Virus record (IMG/VR): IMGVR_UViG_3300016484_000347 | Location: 1 to 36,363 of that record | Strand: one strand, 5' to 3' | DNA length: 36,363 nucleotides | Source of the DNA: a virus | Lineage: Duplodnaviria; Caudoviricetes | Part shown: one piece after another, positions 33,827 to 36,363 of the stretch | Position numbering within the stretch: the stretch's first letter is position 1 | Layout: the number at the start of each line of letters is the position of its first letter | Position numbers and translations under genes: made by a program | The notes under the pieces: model-generated | The model's input: only the letters and a program-made list of their open reading frames with translations | Databases searched by the model: none | What the model was told of the DNA's origin: nothing

Positions 33827-35460
33827 TACATACCTACTTGAGCTGTACTCTGGTTAGATACCATAGCTCTAGCTTGCTCTTCTGGGATACCAAAAGAAGT
33901 AATAAGAATATTAATACCAGCTTCAGAGGTAATCTCCCCAGTACCTACCTTCGTAGAAATATCTACAATAGATGCGACTTGAGCACCATTGAAGACTTTA
34001 CTTGGGTCTGTAAACATAGAAGCCATTTCTACTTTAGATTGCTGTATAGATACTAGCTTTTCTTTGGCTTCGTCTTCGTTTAGGTTAGGGTCATACATTT
34101 GGATAAGCTCCCAGTCTGGCCATAAACCTAAGTCTTTCATGGTCTTTAAATTTTCTAGTTTCTCTTTATCGCTAATCATGACTTTAGGTTTACGATAAAT
34201 GACTTGGAAACCTTCTAAAGGGAGAGTATTTTGGCCTACCGAACTTAATTGTTTAGATACAATTGAATAAATTTTTTCTTCGACCTTAGAGTACAATTGC
34301 TGGTTTTCTTCTATGATTTGCTGGACGTCACTTTGAGAGAGGAGTCTGTCAAAACCTGAGGAAAATTCTTGATTAGCATTAATAATCTGAGAGCCGCTAA
34401 TGCCTTGCTCGTCTAGGATAGACTGAAGATAAGTTGTAATAGCTTCTTTATGTCCAGCCATGTTTGGCTGTGGAGAAATAAACTCTACGTCTGTAGGTTT
34501 ATCTTCTGGTCTAGAAGACTGTGGAGCTTCGATAGCTGTATAGAGAGAGTGAGAGCTAATGGTTAGTTTTTGCTTCTCTGGTCGAGTAATCTTTAAAACC
34601 CCTACTTGCATATTAGCCGAAGTTAAGTAAACGCTCATGAGAGCATTAAACTCTACAGTCTGCATAGGTAGCGGACTTGGGTTAGGGTAATTCTTGTCGT
34701 AGTCCATTGGAACGTAGACAAAAGGGAGTACTCCGTATGGGTTACTACCATTAGCTTCTGGAGAAGGTGGCATAAACTCAATAGTCATTTTATCTCGACC
34801 TTTACCAGAGCCAGATACTTTAACCATGATATGCTCAGCGTCCGTCCAGAAAGAATAGAAACGCTCTCTTTTATTTTCGTCCGCTTTACCAGACTCAGCG
34901 ATAAGCGAGTTATATCCGTCACCATTACTAATCATTGAATAGCTACTTGGGTACGATAGAACTACGACTTTAACTTGTCCGTCGTCGTCCTTAATAACGT
35001 CATACTCGTAAGGTGCTAATGCAAAAAATTTCCAGAATAAATTTGGAGTAGCTACTGGGCCAGCTTGTCTGTCCATAAAGCAAGCAATAAGGCCATGCTT
35101 ATGCTGGTTAAACTGTACGTCTAACTCTTTCATGGCCTGATTAAGACCATAGCGAGAAGCTACGTTTTGATAAATCTCTGAAGCGGCTTGGTCTCCAGAT
35201 ACTTTTCTAATCGGAGCTTCGTTATATGCTTTAGCTTTCTTGTTAACTATCTTGTTAAGTACGCTGTAGTCCGTAACTGTATACATTTGGTACGTCTTTG
35301 GGTACATTTGCTTTACTCTAGCTTCGACATACTCCTTAAGCTTACCAGTCTTAACTTGCTCGCTATCCCAAGCTATACGCTTACGTCTTAAATTTTCTTC
35401 GCTTTCTATCTCTTTTACTATTTGCGTTACAAAATCAGAAGTTAACTGGTAATTAATCAT
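33826..35460 (-). CDS. Portal protein
   Basis: 544 aa directly after terL; NPYGVLPFVY motif; C-terminal FNGAQV extension. Confidence 0.85.
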   Translation of the reverse strand: MINYQLTSDFVTQIVKEIESEENLRRKRIAWDSEQVKTGKLKEYVEARVKQMYPKTYQMYTVTDYSVLNKIVNKKAKAYNEAPIRKVSGDQAASEIYQNVASRYGLNQAMKELDVQFNQHKHGLIACFMDRQAGPVATPNLFWKFFALAPYEYDVIKDDDGQVKVVVLSYPSSYSMISNGDGYNSLIAESGKADENKRERFYSFWTDAEHIMVKVSGSGKGRDKMTIEFMPPSPEANGSNPYGVLPFVYVPMDYDKNYPNPSPLPMQTVEFNALMSVYLTSANMQVGVLKITRPEKQKLTISSHSLYTAIEAPQSSRPEDKPTDVEFISPQPNMAGHKEAITTYLQSILDEQGISGSQIINANQEFSSGFDRLLSQSDVQQIIEENQQLYSKVEEKIYSIVSKQLSSVGQNTLPLEGFQVIYRKPKVMISDKEKLENLKTMKDLGLWPDWELIQMYDPNLNEDEAKEKLVSIQQSKVEMASMFTDPSKVFNGAQVASIVDISTKVGTGEITSEAGINILITSFGIPEEQARAMVSNQSTAQVGM

Positions 35461-35495
35461 ATATGCTCCTTAACTATTAAAGATTAGTTTGTATT

Positions 35496-36363
35496 TTACG
35501 ATATGACTAGAGCCGCTATATCTCTGGTTAGCATATCGTTTCTATAGCAATAGTATCCCAGAGCTGTAGTTATATGTTGCTCTCTAAGGCTATCGTCTTC
35601 TACCAGTCTTGAATTTTCTTTTAACTGGGTAAGTCGTAGACCTTTGGCCAAGTCTTTAGCGTCTTTGTAGATAAATAAATTAGTCTCCCCTAAGTCATTT
35701 TTACAAAGAGCGTTTACTAAGTTATGTCTTGCCTTAATTGCTGGGTTAGCTTGCGGTACTTCTATTTCAAATTCTAGGCTTGGTCTATTCTTTGGTCTGT
35801 AGTTACTTATGAAGTTTTCTATCAAGTCCCAGTCTGGTTTATTGCTTCGAGTATCTGAAGCTCTACCAGCCGCATCTCCAAAGAAGCGAAACAATGGGAA
35901 AGGTAAATCAAATACTCCGTCATTTACTAGCTCGTCCATCATATCTAGAGTACGCATACCAGCAATAACCCAAGTCTTAGCTAAGTGATACTTACCATTA
36001 ATGTACTGGCCAGCTCCAATAGACATTGGCTTTCCAGACTTCGAGTTGTTGAAGTCGATAAATATATCTAATGGGTATCTATAGTCATACTTGTAAGTTT
36101 CGTCTTTGTAGCAGTTAGCGTCTTCATACGCATAATAGACATTATCTCGATTTATTTCTATCCACTGGCCTTGCAGCATACGTAAGGCCATTTTACTATC
36201 TAATGTCTTACGAAGAGACTCAATATACCAGCTTGGTAGAAATGGGTTATCCTCTGTCTTAGAATAAAAGACTCTTCTGGACTCAGAGCCATTTTCTATA
36301 AAGTAGCTGTATGCTGGGTGAGAAGGAGAGTCTGGGTTAGTCACAGAGTAAGACGTTTTCTTT
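35496..36363 (-). CDS. terL: Terminase large subunit, C-terminal part (motif III and nuclease domain)
   Basis: TNPDSPSH, TEDNPFLP, IFIDFN, FFGDAAG; frame open to window end and continuous with 1..500. Confidence 0.9.
   Translation of the reverse strand, partial: KKTSYSVTNPDSPSHPAYSYFIENGSESRRVFYSKTEDNPFLPSWYIESLRKTLDSKMALRMLQGQWIEINRDNVYYAYEDANCYKDETYKYDYRYPLDIFIDFNNSKSGKPMSIGAGQYINGKYHLAKTWVIAGMRTLDMMDELVNDGVFDLPFPLFRFFGDAAGRASDTRSNKPDWDLIENFISNYRPKNRPSLEFEIEVPQANPAIKARHNLVNALCKNDLGETNLFIYKDAKDLAKGLRLTQLKENSRLVEDDSLREQHITTALGYYCYRNDMLTRDIAALVIS

Larger units (their letters stand above)
1..36363. mobile_element. Complete or near-complete tailed dsDNA phage genome (siphovirus-like), circularly permuted
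   Basis: TerS/TerL, portal, scaffold, capsid, tail tube, chaperone frameshift, tape measure, lysis and replication genes all present; TerL frame continues across the two window ends. Confidence 0.93.

Noticed and set aside
474-35391. Short ORF-track entries antisense to real genes (474, 997, 2559, 5879, 7778, 16509, 23273, 24183, 30792, 32010, 33501, 33838, 33989, 35188)
   Set aside because: They lie opposite well-supported genes, lack SD sequences and motifs, and read like shadow frames
1-36363. Stop-codon reassignment suggested by abundant TAG/CTA words
   Set aside because: Genes are full length in the standard code and TAG acts as a real stop (e.g. 23942, 24452, 12654); no suppressor tRNA seen
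1-36363. Specific host assignment (style of exported proteins hinted at Bdellovibrionota-like hosts)
   Set aside because: Impression only; nothing beyond Gram-negative can be supported without homology or spacer matches

Overview
The window looks like a complete, circularly permuted ~36.4 kb AT-rich genome of a tailed dsDNA phage with siphovirus-type organisation. The two ends join in frame inside the terminase large subunit. The minus strand carries packaging, head, fibre, tail and lysis genes (1553->1, then 36363->12475), plus a replication operon (initiator, DnaB-type helicase domain, XRE protein) and a PP-loop/PAPS-reductase-like operon. A plus-strand block (6642-10812) carries ERF, SSB, a DEDDh exonuclease and exported proteins. 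No integrase, DNA polymerase, tRNA, CRISPR array or reverse transcriptase was seen. A lipoprotein/spanin-like lysis cassette points to a Gram-negative host. The most notable observations are: (1) a structured leader with a terminator and a loop-bulge kissing interaction directly upstream of the replication initiator; (2) further RNA-level switches before the packaging operon, TerL and an exonuclease; (3) a stand-alone PAPS-reductase/DndC-like operon with a palindromic operator; (4) four virion proteins sharing one C-terminal domain; (5) nested repeats in the 993-aa tail protein; (6) a lambda-type GGGAAAG -1 frameshift; (7) strong avoidance of GATC/CCGG/GCGC/CGCG/CCWGG with abundant CTAG/AGCT. 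All calls are by-eye motif recognition; no database search or folding calculation was run.
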